From Octopus sinensis (taxonomy: Eukaryota), in assembly GCF_006345805.1 (NCBI RefSeq), contig NC_042997.1, forward strand, positions 53,196,001 through 53,260,000: DNA of 64,000 nt. The letters run 5' to 3'. A program made the translations under genes and the position numbers. The notes beneath the pieces were generated by a model. That model made no database searches. It saw only the letters and a list, made by a program, of their open reading frames with translations, and was not told where the DNA came from. Below are positions 1 through 12,300 of the stretch, piece by piece. Position 1 is the first letter of the stretch, and the number at the start of each line of letters is the position of its first letter.

Positions 1-64
1 CCATTGAACCATTCCCTATATTTCCCTATGAGAAGAAAGTCCAAAACTTTAGATAAAAATTTAC

Positions 65-310
65 CTGATTGCTCAATGCATCATCTTTCAACCATTTCAG
101 TAGGGGTTCATATTCTTTTTCTAAACTTTCTTTCTTTTCCTTAGCATTTTCAGAATCAGAAAGAGATAAACCTTCTTTGGCAACGTTTTGGAATTTTTTG
201 CCTTCAAATTCTGGTAAAGCTTGAATGCAGTATTCATCAACAGGCTCTATTAGATAGAGTACTTCATAACCTTTCTTAAGTAGTCGCTCCACAAAAGGTG
301 AATTTTTCAC
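65..310 (-). CDS. HSP90B1: HSP90B1 exon 13 (246 nt)
   Basis: [47 protein letters not shown]...DDALSNQ; TCAG acceptor, GTAAA donor. Confidence 0.96.
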
Positions 311-3300
311 CTGAAACAAAAATAGGTTGTTCAATTTTCATATCAAAACTTTAGGTATTTTTCATCCTGTATTCACGTTTGTAGATAACTATGACAGAAT
401 ATTTGATTCAAACAATAAAAGAACCAGCAGACTTTTCTAGATTGCATCAATGATTTCACACAAACGACAGAGTTAAATGAATCTGGCCTTTACATATTTT
501 AAACAATTTAAATATTGTTCATCAGAAAGAAAGAAAAAAAAAGCTAAGCTCTAATATGTATATTTCTAACTAAAAGATTAAATGAGATTTAGCAGAAATT
601 TAATGATTTATCAGAGTTTTTCAGCAAGACAATGGTATGTGCAAATACATTAAGTTAAGAAATACCTTTGTGGAATTCTATGTACAAATCAAAGTTAGAG
701 TATTTATACAAAGAGTTTCTATACAAAACTAATATGTAGTTTGCTTGCTTTCATAGCAAAACAGATTATAACAGGATATGCTGCTGTCAAGTGAATGCAA
801 TATGACTAGTTTGCCACAACATTGCCTAGTTGAGTGAAAAGCCTCAACAGAATCACTTGCTAGAAACAGCAGAAGAAATTTTATATCCCTTTTATTGCAG
901 GTGTAGTTGATCAGGAATAACCTAAAATTAGGCAACAATGTTGTGTGCACTACTTATATTAGACAAAAATATAGAACATTGAATTAACACCTAAGTATAC
1001 CAAGAGTGAGGGGTGAGATTAAGTCCTCTGCAAATGAAATTATTTTCCATGCCAGCAAGGAAGGCAGGTATAGAAATACAATAAGAAAAGTCTTTTGTTT
1101 CATTGAGAACTCAACCCTTTTGTTACCACACTATTTCTAATGAAATGCACTGCTTGCATTTTAATTTTGAAAAGAATTTGGAGAAATTTAATAAAATAGT
1201 CTTTTCATTAAGCTGATGTCTAAAACAAATTGAAAGATAGATGGTTGCAATATAAATATGAACACTTCAAATTGACAATTTTCTTTTTTATTGTGGTCAG
1301 TTTCAAGGATATTGGCGTCTAAACAGTTAATTCTTATAATCCCAAAGAAATTGATCATATCAAAAATCTTTGTCCATTATCTCCCACCATTTATATATCA
1401 AATCTTCATGCATACATTTAAATAATAATAATAAAGGTTTTCCTTACCTCCTTCTGTGATGTTCCAGCCACAAAATAAATAGCTGTTTGTTTTTCTTTCA
1501 TTCTTTCCACATATTCAGCTAAACTTGTTTGTTCAGTTTCAGAATTGGAAGAATAAAATCGTAGAAGTTTAGCAAGTCTAGTCCTGTTAGATGGATCTTC
1601 AATCACTCCAAGCTTGATGCTAAAAAGGTTTATGGTAAATTTTGTATAACAAAATATAAAACATTTCATAAACTATGTATAAATATGTAACCAAAACTAT
1701 TAAAAGTAATTCTACTATAATCCTCAACAGCAATCAAATTATATGATAACACCAACAACATCTTTTGCTATTTTCATTGAGTGTTCCTGCTTCTCTCAAT
1801 CATGAGGAAGATTGGCAGAAAAAAAAACAAAAACAAAAAAAACAGGTCAATTGTAAATTGATCAAGTTTTACTGCCATGGCCTTTTCTAGGAGCAATATC
1901 AGTATCAACATGATTAACTAAGAGAAAGTAGTTCTGCTTGGAAAAAGAGAGAGGAAAGTAGTCAGTCATTCCACCAGAGGTTTTGAAAAGTACATAGATG
2001 CACAAATATTAAAAGTAGGTGCATAGGAAGGCTGACAGACACAAATGGAGAAGAATTTGAAGTGTGCAAGCAGAAAACCATTATTTAAAGATATTATGAG
2101 ATAGTGGAGGTTCTGCAAAAAATGCATTCTCAAAAATATAAAATGTCTTTGCAATATTCATATATGCGTTCAGTTATATTTAACATTTTGTCCATTTAGT
2201 GCTAATGGTCTATACAGATTTACTTCTCTCTTAAACTGAACCTTTGGGTAAGTAGAGAGAAACCTAACAGCTGATATACCCATAAAACTTGTGCTAGTCT
2301 AGGATAAGTTGTCCTGTCAACCACCTTTTCCCATCTACCATAGACATCTTCATACCCAGCAACCACAACCTGCCACTAAAGAGCTGGGAAAATAGGCTTC
2401 TTGCTGCAACAGATTTACTTCATGTAAGTCTATTTGTAAAACTTTGCCAAAAACTGAGATGTCTAAGCATTAATAACTCCATCCAGGGGAGATGAGTGCC
2501 TTCACACATGTCACATGCAACCTCTGTAGTACTGGTAGCATGATTTTAGGGTACTTTAGTGTTTTATACTTCTTAAACTTATGAAAACATAGTATCTAGG
2601 CAGATAATTGTGAAAATCTGACATATTGGCTTACTTTGTGCTGTACTCTTTCCAGAAGCTTGCAAATTCTTCTTTGTCAATTTTCTTAATCATGTCCAAT
2701 GTCTTACGAACAAGTTTTTTTTTGATGACTTTAAGAAGTTTATGCTGTTGTAATGTTTCTCGTGATACATTCAATGGGAGATCATCTGAGTCGACCTGTA
2801 ACAAAGAAGTCACAATTTCTAGACAAAAGGAAAAAAAGAACCATTTAGTATTCATCATCATTTAGCGTCTGTTGTCCATGCTAGTATGGGTTGGATGATT
2901 TGACCAGGGCTGGCAAGCTGAAAAGCTGCACCAGACCCCAGTCAGATTTGGCATGGTTTCTACAGCTGGATGCCCTTCCTAATGCCAACCACTCCGAGAG
3001 GGTAATGGGTGCTTTTACGTGCCACGAGTATCTGCCATGACTGCAATTATACTTGGCTTGATGAGTCTTCTCCAGCACGACAATACCAAAGGTCTTGGTC
3101 ATTACCTCTGAGGAGCCCAACACTCAAAAGAAGCTTTTCATGTGCCATCAGCATTGGACACTTTGCCTCTGTGAGGCCTAACGTGCCAGTTACACAATAC
3201 CAGCATCAGCCACAACTATAATTTCACTTGGCAGGTCTTATCAAGCACAAAATATCACCAAAGGTCTCAGTCACTAGTCATTGCCTCTGTGAGGACCAAA

Positions 3301-6300
3301 GTTCAGAGATCATGCTTCACTACCTTGTGCCACATTTTTCTAGGTCTACTTCTACTACAGGGTCTCTCTATAGTTAGAGATCACTTCTTTACACAGCTGT
3401 CTTTGTCCATACATATCACATGACCATACCAGCACAGTCGTCTATCTTGCACACCACATCTGATGCCTCTTATGCCCAACCTTTCTCTCAAGATGCTTAC
3501 ACTATCAAACATGCACACTTACTTAGCACATCCAGTGAAATATACTGGCTTCATTTCTTTCAAGCCTATGCATGTCACAGCCCATGTTTCACATACAGGC
3601 ATCATACAATCTGCCTTTTACTGAGGGAGAGGCCCTTTGTTGCCAGCTGAGGTAGGAGCTCTCTAAACTTTGCCCAACCTATTCTTATTCTTACAACTAT
3701 GCTCTTGGAACTATGCTCTTTGCTACTAACTTGGTCACCTAGATAACGGAAGCTATCTACTACCACTAGCTTACTCAGCTGACAGCCGAGTCTATTTTCT
3801 GTACATTTTCAGTGTTATTTTACCTATACATCTTCCACACACAAAAGCTATTTTCCCTGTTAACCTTCTGATAATTACTGCACCTCTTATATGTCCAAAG
3901 CTTACACTGGGTACATCTTATGGAGTTTCTACCTACACACACCTTCTCTACAGATTGAGCAGGGCCATCTACCAGAAGGGATTTGTGATTGTCTGCCTTC
4001 CTTGCTCACTGTTTTTTTGCTAGGTTAACTCTAAGGCCCTTCGATTCTAGACCTTGCTTCCATACTTGAAACTTCTTTAGTTCTGTTAGTGATTCAGCTG
4101 TAAGAACAAGGTCATCAGTATAAAAGAGCTCCCAGGGGCAGCCTATCTTAAATTCCTCTGTTATTGCCTAGAGGACTATGATGAACATGGGGTCTGAGGA
4201 CCAATCCTTGGTGAACCCATCTTGTATCCTGAATTCTTTGCCAACCCTCATTGCACTGGTAGCATTCCTGTACATGGCTTGTATGGCTCTCACCAACCAC
4301 TCACCTATCCCTAGTTTCTGCATTGACCACCAGATAAGGTATTGGGGGACCCTGTCAAAGGCTTTCTCCAAGTCAACAAAAGCCAGGTACAAAGGTTTAT
4401 CTTTGGCTATGTATTTCTCCTGCAGCTGCTTTACCAGAAATATAGCTTCAGTGGCGATTCTCCCTTGCACAAAACCAAATTGCATCTCATCAAGACTCTC
4501 CCGCATTATTTGGGCTATGACCTCTTCATAACTTTCATCACCTAATCCAGCAATTTGATACCTCTATAATTATTTCTATCTAAGGCATTACCTTTACCTT
4601 TGTAGCAGCTGCTACTACACCAGTCACTGGGTACGACTCCTTTGTGAACCACCTGATTTACAATATGGGTGACTAGACTAATGCACACCAGATATTTTAA
4701 GCATCTCAGTGGTGATTCTTGATGGGTGGGCTGGGGATTTCCCTGTCTTCATATCCTTAATTGCTTTATCTACCAAGGTACTGTTGGTTCAGATAGCTGG
4801 TTCCTCAACTGGACCAACATTTGGCAAACTCTCCTCCTCCCACTCATTCTCCATGTTCAGCAGTCTTTCATAATTGCATTTCCAAGCCTCTTTCTTTGCA
4901 GAATCATTAAATGCAAGTGCGCTATCATTCATGCAGACATTTAAATGAAATTAATGAAAAGGAGTAAAATATTTAGTGTTGATTAATGAAAAAAAATAAA
5001 TACACTTACCACTCCTGAGACAAAGTTTAAGTATTTTGGCATCATATCTTCAAAATCATCAGTAATGAAAACTCGACGAACATACATCTATTCAAAAAAA
5101 AAGTTTTAAAAGATTAATCAGGTATATGAATAAATGCACAACATGCATATATACAAACGGTTTGAAAAAGAGTTTAAACTTACCTTAATACGGTCAGCTT
5201 TCTTTCCATAATTGTTGAAAGTATCACTTGGAGAAACTTTGGGCACATATAAGATGGATTTAAATGTGACTTCACCTTCTGCAGTGAAATGAATTTTAGC
5301 CATGGGTGGAGTGAAATCAGAGCTAATAGACTTGTAAAAGGCATTATATTCATCATCAGTTATTTCATTGGGTCTGAAATTTAAAAAATACAAAATCTGT
5401 AGAAACTACTACATTTTTTCTAACATTAAAAGCAGCGAATTAAAAAGATACTCACTTTCTAGTCCAGATGGGTTTTACACTATTTAGTAATTCCCAGTCC
5501 CATGTAGTTTTTTCAACAGTTTTTGTTTTTGGTTTTTCTTCCTTTTCTTCTTCAACTTTACCCTCCTCTTCTTCATCTTCCTCTTTTTCTTCAGCTGGCT
5601 TCTCCTCTTCATCTTCAACTGGTTCTTCAACTTTCTCTGTCTATAATACAATTACATTGACAGTATTTTACAATTCAGTATTTTACAATTCAGGCTAAAG
5701 GCATCATTCAATTTTTGTATGGAAAAAAAATTAATATAAAATTAAACATTAAAAATTTGTGTACCTTGCTGGTCCAAAGGTAAATGTTGAAATTGATGAA
5801 CTGGCTGTATTTCTTAATTAGGTCTTTCAATGTATTTTCTTCAAGATAATCATGAGCTTCTTCTTTCAGATGCAAGCTAAACAAAATTTAAAAATACCAT
5901 TACATTTTTGTTACTGAAAACATCTTTGTAACAGATTCAAAAATATATATTATATTCAGCTGATTCATTGTAAGAATGAATAAGTGTGGGTTAGAGAAAG
6001 CCCATCAATGTACATTGTAATGAAGTAGTCTGACAGAAAACTCATCCAAGAGATGAAAGTTGAATAGAACTCACTGATGTACAATTGAGTATCAAATCTC
6101 AAGCCAGACACTATGCTTTGCTGGTCTCAATGGCAATATCATTGCTAAAGTGTAACTGTACAGGAATTTTATGAATTGTCAGTGTGAAAGGAAAGAGATG
6201 AAGTGATGGAAGGTAATTTTTCAAAGCTGTTTTTATCATCTTTGCGAATTTGAATACAAAGCAATATGACTGTAGCTACAAGGGTCCAGTGAAGTTGCTC

Positions 6301-9300
6301 TTCTCCAAAATGGAACATTGTTAGAAGTTTCCATGAGATAAACTTAAAGAAAACTACTAAGTGAGGCCAACAACACTAACAAACAAAAAAAAAGTTTTAC
6401 TGACTGAAAAATTTATAGAAGTTCTTAAGTTCTGAAAAGAGAAAAGCTCTTCTCAGAAGAGAAAATCTATCTCATAAAACAAGATACTTGATACTTAGTT
6501 ACAAGAGACTTTACATTCAAGAAGCTACAATGGAATTAAAAATGAAATAACATTAAAGAGAGAGAACAAAAAAAAAAAAAAATTTTACAAACACCAGAAG
6601 TTGCACGCTCCAGACAAAATGAAAACTATAAAATAGAAAGGAATTAATTATACTGGACATACCTAATAGTAGTTCCTCGAGCAAGAGTAGTGCCACGTGG
6701 ATCTTTTGATACTTGGAAAGAGTCTGAATCAGATTCCCAAATATATTGGTCATCGTCATTATGCTTGGAAGTAACCATTACTTTGTCGGCAACTGAAATC
6801 AAATTTAAATGGTTTTGATACATATATGAATTTCAATTTCTTTAAACATTTTAGTACAGTAAAATTTAAGCTTTAGTCATTTTAAACAGAGACAAGACCA
6901 AATATTTTGGATGGAAGGTTTATTTAATAAAATCAATCACAGTAACTGACCAGCACTTTATCAACCCAAGAAGGATGAAAGATGAAGCTGGGCTTTGATT
7001 TGAACTTGGAACATAAAGATAAATATTGCAAAGTAATATTTCTGCTATCACAGCCCTTGCATAAATTACCATGGTTTCTTTAACCTTTTTTGATATCAGC
7101 CTGTTGGAGATTGCTTCAGTTGTTATGATACAAAATTAGTGTTTTAAAGTATTCATATAGATTGGTTGATTAGTTAATGAGGGACTGTAACAAGTGACAA
7201 GACTACTGAAACAGGTCTGGCCAACCCATACCAACATTGAAAAATGTGTATAATGGCATGTAGTAGGAATTTTAAATATAAATGATACTATCCCATGTTA
7301 AAATAAACTACATATGCCTGTTTATTAGGGCCTAACTTTCTTAGTTTTAAATTAGATACATCACCATCATCATTTAACATACACTTTCCATGCTAGCATG
7401 GGTTGGATAGTTTGACTGAGGGCTGGCAAGCCAGAAGGCTGTACCAGGTTCCAATCCGATCTGGCAAAGTTTCTACTACTGGATGCCCTTCCTAACTCCA
7501 ACCACTCAGAGTGTAATGGGTGCTTTTTACATCTTACCAGCACAAGAGCCAATCAGGCAGTACTGGCATTGACCATGAATGGTGCTTTTTACGTGCTACT
7601 AGCATGGGAGCCAGTCAGGTGGCACTGTCAACGACCATGCTCGAATGGTGCTTTTTATGTGCCACTGGCACGAATTAAAATGATATATTCAGAGAAGAAC
7701 TGCAAAGAGCATGAAGACATTTTTAGTAAATTACATTTTTCAACTCTAGAGTTAAATTACACATATAATAGACTTTGAAATAGGATTTGGAGAAATCATT
7801 AACTTCATACCACAAGAACTAAGATAACAGCAGTCTTTCAACATGGACAGACATATCTAGTATGTAAGAAGGAATTATGTCATCATGTTCACATATTTAG
7901 ATTCTTAGTGGCTAGGTTGGATCAATGTGTTTTTTTTTGGATGCATATAAAAAACACGAGTTAATGTCAGTGAAATGAGAAAGATTGTCTAAAAAGATAT
8001 AAGAGCAAAAGGTATGTTGGGAGTAAAAGTTAAGTTTTTAATCAGCTACCCAGCATAAGCAGAACTGTACCCATGACACCTAGACTGTCAAGAGACTTAT
8101 GTGGTTGTTTAGTTTGAACAGTTGTCTTTCAATGGCAAAGACGCAAGTGCTTGCAGTGATTGGTATCAGATTAGTTAGCAAAAGGAAATAAAGACAAGAG
8201 GAAGTAGTCATGCTGGAGTAGATGGTATCCAGTTACTAATCCAGAGAACTAGAGGCTACTATAATAATGATGGAAGAGAGTAAATGATTTGGTGAATATT
8301 TGCCTCAAGTGACCTGCTTTTGGGCATGGCTCTAGAGTGTTTCTTGCGACGCATAGCTTAGTTCTTACGAAGCAAACCCATGATTAAAAGCTTTCCAATT
8401 CTAACTATTGCCATTTCGTCTTTCAAAGTTTACATTGTCCAATGTACCTTTAAACTGATTTGAGAGAAATTTGGCTATAATTTTTTTTGCAAGTTTAGTA
8501 ATCATATACAGGATATGGCTAATTAGATGTGCATGAGAGCAGCTGCATTATATCACACATGTGAACAGTTCTTTAGTATGACTTGAGGTTTATAGAGATT
8601 AATTGATCAAAGCTGAAGTAATTTTTGGCCCTGAAAATGAAGCTTAAATTTGAGGATGCAGCTTTTGGCAATTTTGTATGTGAGAAGGCCATTAGATTTG
8701 AGGTTGATATTTTGTATTGCATTGACACATGGTTTATGAAACTTCTTTTGATGCATATAATGAATGCCTCTCGGTGCTGTTGAAGTAACTATTTCTTTTT
8801 TATGTTCACATTGAAAGATGTATTTGAAGTCTGTTCATAGCAATATGTGCGTGAAGTGAGGTGTCCATGTTGCTTGTTAATGACATTGGTGTCATGTTGA
8901 GGGAGATTAAAGGGTGAATTATATACATTAAAATGGGAGTTAGAACTAAACTGCTAGCAAAACATAGGTGAAAGACAGGAATAGTGAAGGAGAAGGCTCA
9001 ATATTGGGGCTGCACCACAATTTATAAAATATGGGCCTAAGTGGCTCTTCAACACATGCCATAATAATGGAAGTTTGATAAAGAAATGCTAACCATATAC
9101 ATGTATGTGTGCGTAAGTTGTCTAAGAGTTCATAAGCCAGGAAAAATGCACTCGTATATTTGTCAATAGAGTGGGTATATTACCCTAAGTGTACAATATT
9201 ATACTGTACTGCGGCTGATCTTATCGACTGGTTTCGCACTAGGGACCAAATGGAGTGTTAGGTAATGGTCTGATTACATAATCCTACACTCATCAGAGGT

Positions 9301-12300
9301 GGAATAGAGAGCAGTTGCCATATTTCGTTCCATATTGGCTACTTCTGAAGAGTGTAGGGTTGAATCCCTAGTGCAAGACCAAACATTGGCCAAAATGGAT
9401 GTATAATACTGTATACTTCGGATAATACACACACACACACACACAGTGAATTTGTAATGTGGTTATCTTATAGCAGAAATTATTTTAGAGTTGATATATC
9501 TTATCTTTTACTCGTTTCAGTCACTAGACTGCAGCCATGCTGGAGCACCACCTTGAATTTTTAGATTGGGGGGGGGGGGGGTCGATCCCAGTACTTAATT
9601 TTTAAGCCTGGTACTCATTGCCGAACCGCCAAGTTATGGAGACACAAACCCACCAACAAGTGGTGGTGGGGGACAAACACAAAGACACAGATACAATCAT
9701 CATTGTTTAATGTCTACTTTCCATGCTGGCATGGGTTGGGAAGTTTGACTGAGGTCTGGCAAGCTGGGAGGCTGCACCAGGCTCCAATATGATTTAGCAA
9801 GGTTACTACACCCGGAAGCCCTTATGTCTAGAGATTTATCTAAATCTCTTCAGATTTATGTGTAAAGTTGTAGGAAGTTAAAGATTCCTATATTTGCAAT
9901 ATAAGGATCATGCTTAGAGACCAATTTGTTTATACTTGGAACAAATGCATAAACCTAAGACTTACCAAGGAAAGTTGAATAGAAACCAACACCAAATTGA
10001 CCAATCAAATCACTCATTTCTGTACTTCCAGATGTATCTAGCTTTTTCAGAAATTCACTTGTACCAGATTTGGCAATAGTTCCTAAATTGTTGACTAAAT
10101 CACTTTTAGTCATTCCAATGCCAGTGTCTGTTATATGAAGTATGTGATTTTCTTTATCAGCCTAAAAAGAGAAATATTTTTAAAAAGTTAATATTTCATG
10201 GATATTAATCAGTCAAAATTCTTTTCAAATAAATATTCCAACTGAATACTCAAAAAACATTTTATGCCATAGTATCTTTAAGTTGCCAGTATAATAAATG
10301 CCTTCATATTTCATTGACAGCTAGCTGCCATGCTTTATTAGAACAGAAAAGTAATAATTTAACTACCTTCATATTCAATACAAATAGATAATATTAAAAT
10401 TTATCAATGAAAATTAACACTTAAGAAAAAGTAACATATAGAAAACAGCGGATGACATTGTTGCTTGAATCATAGTATTTTACAGATATATGTTATTAAC
10501 TTCGTATGAAAAGACTATGGCAGATTTGCAAAAACTCATCAATACACTACAAATACTCTTCTGAACTGGCAAACTGCATATAACCTGCTTTTACTACCCC
10601 ACCAGAGACATCCCTCACTATACACTTAAATTTTCCTCCAGAACTGCAGTGCTCTATATTTTTCCCACCAGCATGCACCAAGAGTTGGGGTTAGACACTA
10701 CAAAGTGACATCCCAACTAAATCACAAATGAATAAAAGGGATGTTAAATGATATGTTAGTCTATTAAGTAGACTGAGTGCTTAGAATATCTAATGTTTCT
10801 AACTTCAGATCATGTGTAGATTATGTCACTTTTGCACATGCTATTTCAAATGACTGAGAATGAGTTGTAAGAATAGTCTGTCAAATTAATCTCTGGAAGA
10901 ATGAAAGACATAGAACTTGGACTTTCAACTTGTAACAAAGGGATGTAACCAAATACAAGACATTATCCTTACAAGTGACAGTAACGATATTAATATATGG
11001 AATAGTAACTATCGTTTCTGCCTACACTCCTCAACCAGGGCTGCCAAATGAACAGAAAAATCAATTTTATGACACCCTTTGCAGACTACCTCATTGACAA
11101 ATAATATTGGCCTTCTCTCCATGGCCAATGACTTCAATGGGCATGTTGGGCAGTATCCAGGTGACTTTCATGGGGTACATGGAAGCTATCCACAGTGGAG
11201 GGAACTAGGTTGTTGGACTTCTCTGATGCAAATGACCTGATGATTTGCAATGCTAACTTCAGGAAACCAGTCAGTCACCTGTTCACATATCAATCTGGTG
11301 GCCATACAAGCTAGATTAATTATATTCTCACCAGAAAGCAGGAAAGATGGTTGCTTGTAAATGCAAAATGCTTCCCAGGTGAAGAGTACACCCCATCAAC
11401 ATAGGTTAGTCGTTAGTGACTTCAAACTTCAGGTTAGAAGGATGTCAAGAAGCAAACCAGTCTTGAAAAAAAAGGTCTGGAAGCTTATAGTTAATAAGGT
11501 TGTTCATGATGGAGTCATACCTAATGAATAGTGGAGCAGCATTATAGTCAACCGCTACAAACATAATGGTGACACCTTAGAAATAAGTAGAGGTAGCAAA
11601 TTACTGGACCAGATAATAGCTACAGAGGATCATAGCTCAATAAATTAGGAAGGGAGTCTAGATGAGATGCAGTTTGGCTTTGTGCCAGAGAGAAGTACCA
11701 CCTGGTAAGGCAACTGCATGAGTGTACCCATTCAACATAGGTTAGTTGTTAGTGACTTCAAACTTCGGGCTAGAAGAACGCCAAGACACAAACCAGTCTT
11801 GAAAAGAAAGGTCTGGAAGCTTATAGTTAATCAGGTTGTCCATAAGGGACTCATACCCAATGACTGGTGTATTTCACCAAAAATAAACCTCTGTACTTGG
11901 CTTTTGTCAACACAAAGAAAGCCTTTGACAGAGTCTTCCATTCCCTAATTTTGTGGTCAATGTGGAAGCTAGGGATAGATACATAGTTAGTGAGAGCTGT
12001 ACAAGCTATGTACAAAGATGCTATCAGTAAGGTGAAGGTTATCAACAAGTATAGTAATGAATTCAAGGTAGAAAGTTCAGAGAGTTGCTACCTTTGTTGG
12101 TAATAAAGGGTCTTTCCCTCAGAGTGAAAGGCAGACTATGATGCTTGTGTATGAACAGTCATGGGCTGCGATTGCAGAGGACATGCAAAGGCTTGAAAGA
12201 AGTGAAGCCAACATGCTCTGCCGGATGTGCAACAAAGTTTAAGCATTTTAAGAAAAAATTGTGTATAAGAAGCATTAGATGTAACATGCGAGAGAGAAGA

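Noticed and set aside
4168-4506. RT-like ORFs as host genes (also 34902-35297, 47506-47694)
   Set aside because: They are fragments of decayed LINEs, with stops and frameshifts on either side.
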